A stretch of DNA of 64,000 bases, from assembly GCA_965205425.1 (NCBI GenBank), contig CBDBGZ010000008.1, forward strand, positions 1 through 64,000, written 5' to 3'. Under the pieces are notes generated by a model. It had not been told where the DNA came from and did not search any database. It worked only from the letters and a program-made list of their open reading frames with translations. Position 1 is the first letter of the stretch, and every line of letters begins with the position of its first letter. Position numbers and translations under genes: made by a program. Source of the stretch: Nitrosopumilus sp. Lineage in GTDB: Archaea > Thermoproteota > Nitrososphaeria > Nitrososphaerales > Nitrosopumilaceae. Shown here one piece after another: positions 11,006 through 21,983 of the stretch.

Positions 11006-11620
11006 TCACTTACCTTTTATGCGTATTGTTCTTGTATTGAAGATATTCATCTTTGATGTTCTTTTTGATTTTTCTGCTCTGGCACGAAGTCTTTCCCATT
11101 CTTTTCTAAACTCTTTGTCATCAAGAAACCCTCCATCTTTTCGTTTCTTTTCAATGCTTTGCATTTCAGATAGTAATGTGGCATCTGCATCATGCCATGT
11201 TCCTTGTATGTTAATTATTGTCTCATCTATCCCCCAGACTTTACCATATTCCAGACAGCATAAAATATCGTCAGTGAACATTTTCGCATATTGCAAGTAT
11301 TGGTTTGACCATCGGAGTATTGTTGTATGGTCTGTTATGTCTCCCCACTCAATAAACAGTCTAAGACATGTTTGCCTTGAACTCATCCCAAAGACAATAT
11401 TGTCAAATATACTCCCCATCTTTTTTAGTCGGGTTTTAGTGACTTGTGGACTTTTTATGATGTAACTTTTCTTGCAATTTTTGCACATGTATCGTATAGA
11501 ATTATTTTCCGAGATTGTAATTTTATTAAAATTATCACCATTCCCACAGTAACATGAATTAGGTTTTGAAGATGTAATGCCATCACTTTTTGGATAGTAG
11601 CGTGTGATGGTTTTGCTCAT
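11006..11620 (-). pseudogene. Truncated IS6-like (Zn ribbon-HTH-DDE) transposase
   Basis: CxC..CxxC, GMSSRQ, HTTILRW and VWGIDET (first catalytic Asp); the rest of the DDE domain is missing. Confidence 0.75.
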
Positions 11621-11725
11621 TTATGCGATCAGAAATTATTCCTTTAAGACCTTTTGGTCAGATGCCTAATGTGAGTAAGCCTGAACAATCGCTAATCTTA
11701 AAACCAGGATGTTTTTAGGGCTAAC

Positions 11726-12787
11726 ATGAGACCGACTGCAATTGAGTTATTTTCGGGTTGTGGAGGAATGGGATTAGGGCTGGAAAATGCAGGATTTGAC
11801 ATACTATATGCAAATGACATCAACAAGGATGCAACTAACACGTACAAAATGAATCTAAATGCCAAAATCGTTGAATGTGGGGATGTTACAAAAATCAATC
11901 CTAATGATGTACAAAAAAGAATTGGTAGAAAACATGTGGATCTTATAGTTGCAGGCACCCCTTGTCAGGGTTTTTCTACATCGGGAAAAAGAAATCCTAA
12001 TGATCCACGAAACAAACTCTTTAGACAATTACTAAAATTTGTCAATACATTTGAACCGAAATTTTTTGTCATGGAAAATGTCAGTGGTCTTCTAAGTATG
12101 GAAGAAGGAAATGTAATAAAGAAAATAAAAAAATATTTTTTGCAAATTGGGTATAATGTTCATCATAAGGTTTTATCTGCTGCAGAGTTTGGAATACCTC
12201 AAAATAGAAACCGAGTATTCATAATTGGTACAAAAAAAGAGATCGGATATGAAATGTTGTTTCCCCGTATTGGGAAAGCCAAACAAGTTACAGTAAAAGA
12301 TGCATTATCAGATTTATGTTTTCTTCAGGTTGGAGAAAAATCTGATTCTTATAAAATGAAGCCAAAATCACAATACCAAAAAACTATGAGAAAAAATTCA
12401 AAAAGACTTTGTAATCACGAAGCAGCAAACCATTCCCAAAAGGTCCAGAATAGGTTTGCAAGAATTCCTTCAGGGATAAATATTAGAAGCATTATTGCCA
12501 AAAAAGAGACTAATAAGAGAGACTGTTATAGACTTGATCCCAAAAAGCAAAGCAGAACAGTCACAACATTACCTGAAGATTTTATCCATTATCAAAAAAA
12601 CAGAATACCAACAGTACGTGAGATGGCCAGACTTCAGTCATTTCCAGACACCTTTGTATTTTCTGGGCCTAGGACTACAGGAGGACCAAGAAGAATACAT
12701 CAATGTCCTCAATACACACAAGTTGGAAATGCTGTTCCTCCTATGATGGCTAGACGTGTTTTTATGACCCTTGTAAAATTAGTGTGA
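11726..12787 (+). CDS. dcm: DNA (cytosine-5)-methyltransferase
   Basis: Motifs FSGCGG, GTPCQGFS, MENV, QNRNRVF, RLQSFP and GNAVPP. Confidence 0.95.
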   Translation: MRPTAIELFSGCGGMGLGLENAGFDILYANDINKDATNTYKMNLNAKIVECGDVTKINPNDVQKRIGRKHVDLIVAGTPCQGFSTSGKRNPNDPRNKLFRQLLKFVNTFEPKFFVMENVSGLLSMEEGNVIKKIKKYFLQIGYNVHHKVLSAAEFGIPQNRNRVFIIGTKKEIGYEMLFPRIGKAKQVTVKDALSDLCFLQVGEKSDSYKMKPKSQYQKTMRKNSKRLCNHEAANHSQKVQNRFARIPSGINIRSIIAKKETNKRDCYRLDPKKQSRTVTTLPEDFIHYQKNRIPTVREMARLQSFPDTFVFSGPRTTGGPRRIHQCPQYTQVGNAVPPMMARRVFMTLVKLV

Positions 12788-12789
12788 GG

Positions 12790-13605
12790 CTATTCCAAAC
12801 TTCTTTTTTCATCAATTTTTGCTTCAAATTCCTTCAATAATGACGAAAAACCATCTATTTTTCCAAATATTTTATGAATGTCATCTCGTGTAAATTCTTC
12901 ATCGTTTCCCATGTGAATCAACTTGTTATTCTCCCCATCTTTTACTTTACAATGTGCAAGAAGGTTTCTCTTCTGCTGAAGATCTCCGAGATTTCCAAGT
13001 CCTGAAAATTCAACATTTTCAGATTCCTTAATCTTTGAAAGAATTGTCTTTTTTGCTTCTAATGATATGTGCTTGTTTTCCAACACAAAATCTCTAAATC
13101 GATGATTTTTTGTTTGAGAAAAATATTTTTCAATAAAATTATTTATTTCTAGCTCAATCTCGATAATTCTAGATATTACTATTCCTCTCAAATAGTTCAT
13201 ATTTTCCCATTGAGAAATATTTTTTTCTACCAATGTCTGAAAACGATCTTGAATTTCTCTCCCTTCGACAATTTCAACAGAACCATACTGACAAATAACA
13301 TCGAGTTCTTTTCTGTCATATTTGTCAGCTGAATAAAACAATACATCAAGATGTTGGAACTCAGAACGTATCTTCCTGACTACGTCTAATCCGTCACCTG
13401 GATTTTCAATATTTTTGTCTGTCAGAACGATATCAATTTTTTTATTTTTTATTATAGATGTTATGTCATCGGTAGTTTCCAATTTAATCAGATTGGATTT
13501 ATACCCCTTTTCATCTAAATTCTCAAGTACTTCATCAATACTGCTTTTTACAGATGCAGGTTCATCATCAATCAACAAAAAATTAATGCTCATGTCATTA
13601 GTCAT
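12790..13605 (-). CDS. Response-regulator receiver (REC) domain fused to a putative HEPN domain
   Basis: LLIDDE acidic pair, VLTD phosphoacceptor, DGLDV and FYSA; helical C-terminus with RNLLAH (Rx4H). Confidence 0.75.
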   Translation of the reverse strand: MTNDMSINFLLIDDEPASVKSSIDEVLENLDEKGYKSNLIKLETTDDITSIIKNKKIDIVLTDKNIENPGDGLDVVRKIRSEFQHLDVLFYSADKYDRKELDVICQYGSVEIVEGREIQDRFQTLVEKNISQWENMNYLRGIVISRIIEIELEINNFIEKYFSQTKNHRFRDFVLENKHISLEAKKTILSKIKESENVEFSGLGNLGDLQQKRNLLAHCKVKDGENNKLIHMGNDEEFTRDDIHKIFGKIDGFSSLLKEFEAKIDEKRSLE

Positions 13606-15854
13606 TCAAACACCAACTCAAAACATGCTCCTTTCCCCAAATCCTCAAAATTATTCTCAACAAATCTTACACTACCACCCATTTTTTCTATAGATGTCTT
13701 AATATGTGTAAGACCAATTCCTGAACCATGTTTTGTGGTGGTAAATCCTCTCTTAAAGAGAAATTTACGGTCTTCTTTGGAAATTCCTCGTCCGTTATCG
13801 GCTACAAGTAAATGCAATTTTTTATTTTTTACTTTAAATTGAAATGACATTTTTGTTGAATTTGCTTTTCTAGAATTGCTGATGAAATTATCAAGAATCA
13901 TAGAAAGTTCCAGCGGGATGAATTTAGTCTTAAACTCAATATCCTCATTGATGAATTTGAATTGTATTCTGTTTGATACTCGAGATATGACTTGTTGTAA
14001 ATATTGTTTGATATATGATGGAATGTCTGCAGGAATCTTGCTAAGTTTCAGGTCAAAAGTAGCATTAGTAATTATTGATGCGAGTACACGTGCTTTTTGA
14101 TTCTCAATACTTATTTTTTCAATTCCTTCAAGAATTTTATCTGTAGATGAGTGATTTTTTACAAGGTCTATAAGCTCTTTTAGATATGTTGCTATATTTC
14201 CAGTTGTTATCGTAATGGAATGATTATAATCTTGAACCATCTGTGCATCATTGGAAAGTGTTTTCTTTAGAAACAGTAATTCTTTTTCACTTTGTTCTTT
14301 TTCTTTTGCAACAGATTTCATCTCTTGAGAATATGTCTTACTAATGTTAGTAATTCGTTTGATTTGAGATTCTACATATTTACGATCTTTTGTAGGAAGA
14401 AAATCCATCACAGGTTCCAAGTTTTTGACCATGTCGGGAAGGTTTTCTATCTGTCTTTCTTTGAAAATATTTAGTAAGTCTGGATTGAACCTGATTGATT
14501 TTTGTGGGTCTTTTACCTGCCCTGCAAGTTTACTAACAATTTCTAAACTATCATGCATTATCTCATCTTCTGTTTTCCTTCTTTCTTCAACAGGTTTATC
14601 CCAATCTATTCCCTCAACAACATATCTCTCAATTCTTCGAAGCACTTTACTGATGAAAAAATCTATCAATTGTTCATATCCTGATGTATAAACAACTCCT
14701 CCAGATCTACTTGAAACTTCCTTGAATTCGGGTTGTGGGCCTTGAAGTTCGATTCTTCCCATAATTTCCCTAGTAGAAAGATATCTGCTATGGCCCTGAG
14801 TTTTCCTTTTGTCTAGATTCAACCAATCATCTCCTTCATCACCATACGGTTGTATACGAAATCCATTTTTGTAAAGAAAGATAGAACCAAATCTTACTGG
14901 TACAAGACCCATCGTGCGTGTAAATTCGGCCTTAGCATCTCTATTGAGGAAGAATACTTTTATCGATATGTTGTCAAGTAGTTCAAATGTATTTTCTTCT
15001 TCAATGGTAAACACAAACCTTCCTTTGTCCTTTAGTGTGGTAATTATTTTTCCATCTTTAATTTCTGAACTTAGTTCAGTTGTTTTAATTTTTAATTTTT
15101 CAAAAACTATGTTTTCAATCTTGCCATTGATTTTAAGATAATTTGGTTTTCCTCTGTCATCATATGAAAATTCTTTTGCTATTACTTCGATTTCGAATTG
15201 ATTATTTTTTTCAAGCTGATTAGGGTTTACCAAACGTTGTAAATATCTACGTAATCTCAAAAGTTTGTCTTCATTCCAGACGGTGTTAAGAGGGTAAATC
15301 TCTAGAACCGTACCATGTTTGAAAGTTTTTAATTCAAAATTCTCTAAAGACATGTGTTTGGTAGTAATGTACTCCACTTTGATTTTGTGGAATTCTTTTT
15401 GCTGGTTATGTTCAAATTTTCTCCAATCAAGATCAATAAAATGAATGTCTGAATTATTTGCAGTTTTTGTATACATTCGAAGTTTGGCACCTAATCTATC
15501 TGCAGAAAATCTGCCGATTCCTTTTGCACCTGCAAAAATTCTTTTATTTTTACTCATTTTATCTATGAAATTTTCTTGAGAACTATCAAGTTTTTTTTCA
15601 GAATATCCTACAAATAACCACTTGTTTTTTAACTCTTCATAGGACATTCCAACTCCGTTATCTACAATGAGAATTTTTGATTTTGTATTGTCTTCCGATT
15701 TTATGTTCTGAAAAATAATTTTAACATTAGTTGCATCAGCATCATAAGAATTTTTTACCAATTCAAAGATGGCAGTATGATCTTCTGTGATTAGCTCTTT
15801 TCCTATAATATTTTTGAGCCCAGCACTAATTTTGAAATCTAATTTCTTTTCCAT
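13602..15854 (-). CDS. MORC/GHKL-type ATPase fused to a C-terminal histidine kinase
   Basis: N-terminal ELVKNSYDA, DNGVGM, GAKGIGRF and HGT; coiled coil; C-terminal H-box YNHSI, N-box DNFISNS, DNGRGI, FKRGFTT and GSGIGL. Confidence 0.85.
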   Translation of the reverse strand: MEKKLDFKISAGLKNIIGKELITEDHTAIFELVKNSYDADATNVKIIFQNIKSEDNTKSKILIVDNGVGMSYEELKNKWLFVGYSEKKLDSSQENFIDKMSKNKRIFAGAKGIGRFSADRLGAKLRMYTKTANNSDIHFIDLDWRKFEHNQQKEFHKIKVEYITTKHMSLENFELKTFKHGTVLEIYPLNTVWNEDKLLRLRRYLQRLVNPNQLEKNNQFEIEVIAKEFSYDDRGKPNYLKINGKIENIVFEKLKIKTTELSSEIKDGKIITTLKDKGRFVFTIEEENTFELLDNISIKVFFLNRDAKAEFTRTMGLVPVRFGSIFLYKNGFRIQPYGDEGDDWLNLDKRKTQGHSRYLSTREIMGRIELQGPQPEFKEVSSRSGGVVYTSGYEQLIDFFISKVLRRIERYVVEGIDWDKPVEERRKTEDEIMHDSLEIVSKLAGQVKDPQKSIRFNPDLLNIFKERQIENLPDMVKNLEPVMDFLPTKDRKYVESQIKRITNISKTYSQEMKSVAKEKEQSEKELLFLKKTLSNDAQMVQDYNHSITITTGNIATYLKELIDLVKNHSSTDKILEGIEKISIENQKARVLASIITNATFDLKLSKIPADIPSYIKQYLQQVISRVSNRIQFKFINEDIEFKTKFIPLELSMILDNFISNSRKANSTKMSFQFKVKNKKLHLLVADNGRGISKEDRKFLFKRGFTTTKHGSGIGLTHIKTSIEKMGGSVRFVENNFEDLGKGACFELVFE

Positions 15855-16001
15855 CTATGACGTTATAAACACCTAAGATAAAAAACTACTATACGTGAAA
15901 ATCATAGTTGTCCAATCACCATATTAAAAAAATAAGACCAAGCCTGAAATCCTTTACTGTGACTCCTTTGAGATATGTGTTCTCAGATCAAATTATTCTA
16001 A

Positions 16002-16147
16002 AGATCATCAAAATGCACCAGCAGGGTTTTTTGAAACAATTTAGTGTAAATCATTCAAATAGAAATACCAAAGTCAGATAAAATCGAATCTTGAGAAGAT
16101 CCATAATTCATGATTATGTGTGTAGATCATCAAAATGCACCAGAACC
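16002..16147 (-). repeat. Two half-copies of the GGTTCTGGTGCATTTTG.TGATCT end motif
   Basis: 16002-16021 and 16124-16147; the latter extends homology (AATCATGAA) to 37930-37970. Confidence 0.8.
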
Positions 16148-16220
16148 GTAGAAAGGGTTTCAGGCATATTCATGTAATATACCGGAACTGGTAAGTTAAC
16201 GAGATATAACTACAAATCTT

Positions 16221-16287
16221 TACACTGTTCAATCTCCGGAGCTTTTCAACTGCCTGTTAAATTAGAGACTTTTTGTGTTAAGTTAGG
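16221..16287 (-). repeat. Partial copy of a ~120-bp dispersed repeat
   Basis: Reverse complement of parts of 21984-22102 and 45453-45572. Confidence 0.85.
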
Positions 16288-16290
16288 GTC

Positions 16291-18486
16291 TTAATTCAGA
16301 TCAAGAGGTTTCCAGTCTGAAAAATCCTTTTCATCATACTCATATTCCTCATTGTCATTGTACAACCATTCACCATTCTCAAATACTGCAATACCACCAA
16401 AAACCTTCTTGGACTTGTTGTTTCTGATGTATCTAGATAATGCCTCTGCCTTTGGTTTGGCAATCTTGGCTGTAAATCCTGCTTTTGTGTCGTATAGACC
16501 TATTCTGCCATCATTCATGCGAATAACAAAGTCAACATAAAATGCGTGAGGTTCTCCAGTCTCAGGATCATCATACTTTATGGCAAAGTATTTCTTGTCA
16601 TTGACCTCATTTTTAAACCACCATTTCACGTTATTTTCTTCTTCAAGAAAATCCATGAATCGGATCTCATTTTGTATGTCTGTTTTGATATAAGCTGGTG
16701 ACATTATGCATTTTTTGTAGTCTTTTTTGTCATAGACTTTGGTATATTCTGTATTTTTTGGTATATTCCATTTTTGAATATCTTCTGTTTCACGATTGAT
16801 TTTTTCAACAACATCTCTGGTAAACTGAGATTTTGATTCAGATATTGCCCTGATAAAATGATCCTTATTTTTTGTAGACAATGTTATGTTTGCCATGTCC
16901 ATAAGATCAGTTATTTTGGTGTTTTTCTCAAAAAATTGATGAATACATCTTTTTATGATTCCGTGAGAGTGTTCTTTTGCGAAAGGTTCTGACATTTCTC
17001 TTGCAAATGAATCGAATCTATTTTGTAAATTCATTGCATCAGATTGTCTAATCAGTAAAGTTCCTTGAAGACTTTGGTTTTTATCCAATTCTATAATCTC
17101 TGCATCAGATATTAGATTCTGTTCTAATTGTGGAACATTCAATGAAATTTTATCTATGATATGTTGTCTGTTTGCAACATTAGAAAAGATCTTGCGAAAT
17201 TCTGCATTAAGACGAGTTTTTTCATGTTTTCGTTTTATGTATATGGATTTTAGATCAATATCCTCATGAAGATCTTCTCTTCGTATGGACTCATAAATTG
17301 TAATATAGTCTCTTGTGACATCTTCGGCAATCTGTACTTCTTCAATGTTTGTGTATACATAGGCATGATTTAATTCATCATTATCATAATGTCTTATTTC
17401 TGGCATTCTAATTATTCTGCCTATTGTCTGTATAGAAAATTCAAATTTTTTCCATTCTCTAAATAACACAAGAATTGATGAACGTGGACAATCCCATCCT
17501 ACAGTAATTGCCTGTTTAAAGATTAAAACTTCAACCTCATTTTCATTTTTTTCAATATTTTCAAGATTTACCTTGTTGTCTTTGTCTGAAAGATAAATTG
17601 CAAGTTTACCATTGTTTGTATTTATTCCAAACCTTGAGTTCAAGAGTTCGATTACTTGATCTTTTCTATCCGACATTCCTTTGCGTGAATCAGGTAATTG
17701 TATTAATACCAGAGGATTCACACTAGAATTTTCATTCTCATAACTTTTCTTTAATTCCTGTCTTTTTTCAAGAGCTGTCTTTATGATTAATTCATCTGTT
17801 GTGCTACCTTGAGTATTTCCAAGATGATAATTTAATCTTACAGAATTTTTCACCATCTCTTCATCTTTGACTTCTTGAAGATCAATACTTTGAACATAAT
17901 CAGTATCAGAAATTTTAGGCGTAGCTGAAACCTCTATCGTTACCTTTGGGTTTATTTTTTGGATTATTTCTCTTGATTTTTCAGAGCTTGCAGTATGATG
18001 ACTTTCATCAATGATTAGGATTATTTCTCTACCTTCATCTTTTGTATTTTCTATGACTTTTGATAGATTAAACTCATTTTCATTTTCTCGTATGTAGATA
18101 TTTTTTTCTTGGTTTATACTCTGCCAGTTGAAAAACAAGATTTCTTTATCCTGTATCTGTTTGTCTTGTAAATCATTGAAATTTGCACATCCTACAGTTT
18201 GTAAATCCTCGTAATATTTTTCTAATTTTTCCTTACTTTGGTCATGTAGTTTATGAACAGTAATCCAAATAAATGCAATTTCTTTTCCATCCTTTCTATT
18301 ATCTACAAGTCTCTTGATCAGTTCAGCCATCATGATTGTCTTACCTGATCCAGTCGGAGACTTGAAAATGCAAATTTTCTTTGATTCTAAATTAAGAAAT
18401 TCATCTATTTTTTGTTTTAACTCACTTACGTGTTTTTCTTGATAATTTCTTAGTCTGAACATACGCAAATATCCTCTTGTATACAT
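16291..18486 (-). CDS. res: Type III restriction enzyme Res subunit
   Basis: SPTGSGKT, IIDESH, SATP, GWDCPR and QTIGRIIR; C-terminal nuclease FYVDF..YDTK; probable start at MFRLRNYQ. Confidence 0.9.
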   Translation of the reverse strand: MYTRGYLRMFRLRNYQEKHVSELKQKIDEFLNLESKKICIFKSPTGSGKTIMMAELIKRLVDNRKDGKEIAFIWITVHKLHDQSKEKLEKYYEDLQTVGCANFNDLQDKQIQDKEILFFNWQSINQEKNIYIRENENEFNLSKVIENTKDEGREIILIIDESHHTASSEKSREIIQKINPKVTIEVSATPKISDTDYVQSIDLQEVKDEEMVKNSVRLNYHLGNTQGSTTDELIIKTALEKRQELKKSYENENSSVNPLVLIQLPDSRKGMSDRKDQVIELLNSRFGINTNNGKLAIYLSDKDNKVNLENIEKNENEVEVLIFKQAITVGWDCPRSSILVLFREWKKFEFSIQTIGRIIRMPEIRHYDNDELNHAYVYTNIEEVQIAEDVTRDYITIYESIRREDLHEDIDLKSIYIKRKHEKTRLNAEFRKIFSNVANRQHIIDKISLNVPQLEQNLISDAEIIELDKNQSLQGTLLIRQSDAMNLQNRFDSFAREMSEPFAKEHSHGIIKRCIHQFFEKNTKITDLMDMANITLSTKNKDHFIRAISESKSQFTRDVVEKINRETEDIQKWNIPKNTEYTKVYDKKDYKKCIMSPAYIKTDIQNEIRFMDFLEEENNVKWWFKNEVNDKKYFAIKYDDPETGEPHAFYVDFVIRMNDGRIGLYDTKAGFTAKIAKPKAEALSRYIRNNKSKKVFGGIAVFENGEWLYNDNEEYEYDEKDFSDWKPLDLN

Positions 18487-20099
18487 TTAGTATTGCGGAA
18501 GGTATTGGTTTTAAAGTTACTAATGATCGGATATTTTCAAACTCATCTGTATTTACTTCATCAGTCAATGAAAATACATACGTATTGATTTTTTTATCCA
18601 ATTTTAGAACCTCTTTTTTGAATGATTCTATTCCATCATTAATAGATAATTCCAAGATATTTATTCTCATGATTCTTGAATATTTTGAATTGTTTTCCTT
18701 TTTTGACTAGTTCAAAACAATCTTCTTTTAAGCATAACATTTCTGTTGATTGTTCCACCATCACCCTCTTATTCTGATCTGTTGGTTCTGAATCTACAAA
18801 CAAAGTTTTGAAATATTTGAGATTACCACCTAATCCGTCTATTTTTTTATCTTTGACACTCTTGTAACCCTTGATCACTTTTTTTAATCTTGGATAACAA
18901 ACATCAGTACAAATATTATTTTCATTATTTGTACAGAGAATAAATTTTCTGTTTCCTTCATCCTCTTTATTCAATTCCATTACTGCATGTCCTGTAGTTC
19001 CCGAACCCGCAAAGAAATCTAAAATCAAGGACTCTTTGTTTGAGGCAATTTGTAAAATCCTTTTAATTAGTCTAACTGGTTTTGGTGTAGAAAATACATC
19101 ATCAGGCAAAATATTTTGTAGTTCTTGTTTTGCTTCTTGATTATCTCCAGCTTCATCTCTTAACCAAATTGTTTTTGGTATTACTCCATCTCTAACATCT
19201 GATAAAAATCGCTTAAATCTAGGCACATTATTTCCAGATTTTCCAAAATATATCCTATTATCTTTTATCAATTCATCAAGTTTTCTTTTTGAAAATCTCC
19301 AACTTGTACCTTTAGGAGGCATAATTTTTCTACCACTTGGAGTTATTATTTCATATATGTCTTTTTGATTTGGAGTTTTCACTTGTAATGGACCTGATGC
19401 CCAAACACCTCGAGAATCATTATCTTGATTTTTATAAATTGATAATTGAGATTCCATTCGGGTTAAAAGATTAATTTTTAATTTTTTTGAATCTCGTGCA
19501 TATACAAAAATAAAATCATGATTGTCTGAAAAATATTTTGCATCATTAGAAGACGTATGTTTTTTCTGCCATATTAAAGTGGCAATAAAATTATTTTCAT
19601 CAAAAATTTCATTACATAATAATTTTAATTGAGCTTGTTCATTATCATCAATAGAAATAAAAATAATTCCTTTTGAAGAGAGTAATTTCTTTGCCAGTTC
19701 TAATCTCTTTTTCATAAATGATAGCCATTTACTGTGTTTGTATGTATCTTCTCTATCTACAATCTTATCATTATACGTAAATTCATTTCCAAGATTATAA
19801 GGAGGATCAATATAGATAACATCTATTTTTTCTTTATGACTATAATTCAAAACTGAAAGTGCATGATAATTATCTCCTTCAATCAAAATATTATTGGGTT
19901 TTGATTTATCTTCAATTCCATTTTTTGTAACATCTTTTAGAACTGGAAGTTTTTTCTTTACTTCTTCTTCAAAAACTTCTTTAACTCTTTCCTCATCCCA
20001 AATTAGACCATATTTTTTTCTCTTGTTCAGTTTTTGAATTTCTTTAACAAGTTCTGGTTTACTCCATTTTTTATAATCGATTTTTCCGTTAACTGCCAT
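18422..20099 (-). CDS. mod: Type III R-M Mod subunit (N6-adenine MTase); C-terminus frameshifted near 18640
   Basis: IEGDNY, IDPPY, PKP and DFFAGSGTTG; the last ~70 codons (NTYVFSL..PIPSAILNVYKRIF) continue in ORF 18422..18670. Confidence 0.9.
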
Positions 20100-20105
20100 G
20101 AATCA

Positions 20106-20243
20106 TCACTTTGATTTTTTTGGGTTACGATCCCAGTAGACACTTTTGCACTTTGCACAACGTAATGGTTTTTCTCCATCTCTAGACAACCATTCATGAT
20201 CACATCTACAACATTTCCAAACCTTGCGTGTAACCGTTGGCAT
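20106..20243 (-). CDS. 45-aa Zn-ribbon protein, putative regulator (below the ORF-track cutoff)
   Basis: MPTVTRKVWKCCRCDHEWLSRDGEKPLRCAKCKSVYWDRNPKKSK; two CxxC pairs; ends 6 bp upstream of mod. Confidence 0.75.
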   Translation of the reverse strand: MPTVTRKVWKCCRCDHEWLSRDGEKPLRCAKCKSVYWDRNPKKSK

Positions 20244-20339
20244 CACTAAAGGTGATCACCACTTCTATAAAAACATTCACTAAAAGTGATCACTTAAAAT
20301 ATTAAAATTTATATACACTATTAGAGTCCACTAATAGTG
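20243..20339. promoter_or_regulatory. Divergent promoter region with operator-like repeats
   Basis: TCACTAAARGTGATCAC at 20243-20259 and 20277-20293; TATA-like TTTATATA at 20308; perfect IR CACTATTAG-N6-CTAATAGTG at 20316-20339. Confidence 0.6.
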
Positions 20340-21686
20340 ATGTCTACAAACAATAAAAGAAAACAAAAAGCAACACAAATTTTCTCAAAGACAAACTCAA
20401 TTAGAAAAATTACAAATAATCACTATGTTGTAAATTCACAAAATTCAGATAAAAAATATAACATCAAAAAATTGTCCAAAGTTGATGTATGGACTTGTGA
20501 GTGTAAAGATTTTCATTATAGATTGAGAAAAATGGATGATAAGCATTGCAAACATATTCGAGCTTGTTTGTTACTTCAAGATACAATAAACATAGAAAAT
20601 AAAATAGAGAAAACAGAACAACCTCAAGTTTGTCCAAAATGTAGTTCTACTACAATAATTAAACGTGGATTTAGGAAATTAAAGAATGGTACAAAGAGAC
20701 AAAAATATGGTTGTAAACAATGTAATCGTAAATTCATTTTGGGTGAGAACGGATTTTCCAAAGTTTCATCTGATCCAAAAATAATCTCTGAATGCCTTAA
20801 CTTGGTTATGTCGGGTGTTTCATACAGAAATATTGCAAGACATGTTTACTCTACACATGAAATTAAAATTAGTCATGTATCTGTAAATAACTGGATAAAG
20901 AAATACACTTACATGATTAAAGAATATGTGGAATCATTTTATCCTGAATTAGGTGATGTGTGGTCACTTGATGAAATGTATCTTAATGTTAAAAATACAA
21001 AGAAAACAGGTAAAGGATTTCATGACTGGTTATGGAGTATCATTGACCCAAAAACTAGATTTCTAATTGCTACAGAAGTTTCCAAAAAGAGGGAAATTTC
21101 AGATGCAAGAAAGATTATTGCAAGGGGTAAAAAATCAATCTCAAAAAACCCAAATTATGTTCTAACTGATTCTCTAAACTCATACCAAGAAGCAATCAGA
21201 AAAGAGTTTGAAAATAGAACTGCACATGTGAGAACCAAATCTCTCAAAGATGGATTTGTGAATAGACCTATCGAAAGATACCACAATGAAATTAGGGAAA
21301 ATACTAAAACTAGACGTGGACTAGGTAACGATGATTCTGCTCAAGACTTTGTAGAACTGTTAAAGATTAATCATAATTTTGTAAAACCACATCAAGGATT
21401 AAAAGGTAAAACGCCAGCTCAAGCTGCAAATATTGACTTGAATCTGGGCAATGACAAATATTTAGATTTAATCAAACAAGCTGGAAGCAAACCAAATTTT
21501 GTAAATAATCTAGGGAAACGAATCAAGAAAGTAACTATTGTAAATGAAGGTGATTGTATCAGGATAATTCCTAAATGTTGGATCGATAAACACATCTGGC
21601 GAGAGATTAATGATATATTGAGACTATATGGATTTGCATGGTTATCTAATGGAAAAGACAGTTATTGGATCAAGCTAGTTTCCTAA
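20337..21686 (+). CDS. Large IS6-like DDE transposase with SWIM and Zn-ribbon domains
   Basis: WTCECKDF..CKH (SWIM); CPKC..CKQC; WSLDE, VLTD and IERYH catalytic motifs. Confidence 0.85.
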   Translation: MMSTNNKRKQKATQIFSKTNSIRKITNNHYVVNSQNSDKKYNIKKLSKVDVWTCECKDFHYRLRKMDDKHCKHIRACLLLQDTINIENKIEKTEQPQVCPKCSSTTIIKRGFRKLKNGTKRQKYGCKQCNRKFILGENGFSKVSSDPKIISECLNLVMSGVSYRNIARHVYSTHEIKISHVSVNNWIKKYTYMIKEYVESFYPELGDVWSLDEMYLNVKNTKKTGKGFHDWLWSIIDPKTRFLIATEVSKKREISDARKIIARGKKSISKNPNYVLTDSLNSYQEAIRKEFENRTAHVRTKSLKDGFVNRPIERYHNEIRENTKTRRGLGNDDSAQDFVELLKINHNFVKPHQGLKGKTPAQAANIDLNLGNDKYLDLIKQAGSKPNFVNNLGKRIKKVTIVNEGDCIRIIPKCWIDKHIWREINDILRLYGFAWLSNGKDSYWIKLVS

Positions 21687-21983
21687 ACTTTTTGTATGTG
21701 TAAAATTCATCAAAATCATGAAAACATTTTGTAAATGTGGATGTCAAACACCACTAACTGATTACGAGTATCGTAAATTTTCAGGATATAAAAGAGGGCA
21801 TGAACCATTACCATAATTTTATTCAATGAATAGTCATGTTAGGTATAGAAGTATCAGATCAAGAAATAGTCAAAAGACTAAAGGAAACAATAGAATTTCT
21901 CAAAGTTGAATCTGTTGGAGGTATGTGGAATACGCCTCAACTAATAGATATGCTAGAGGATTTACTTAAAGAAGATTCCAAGA

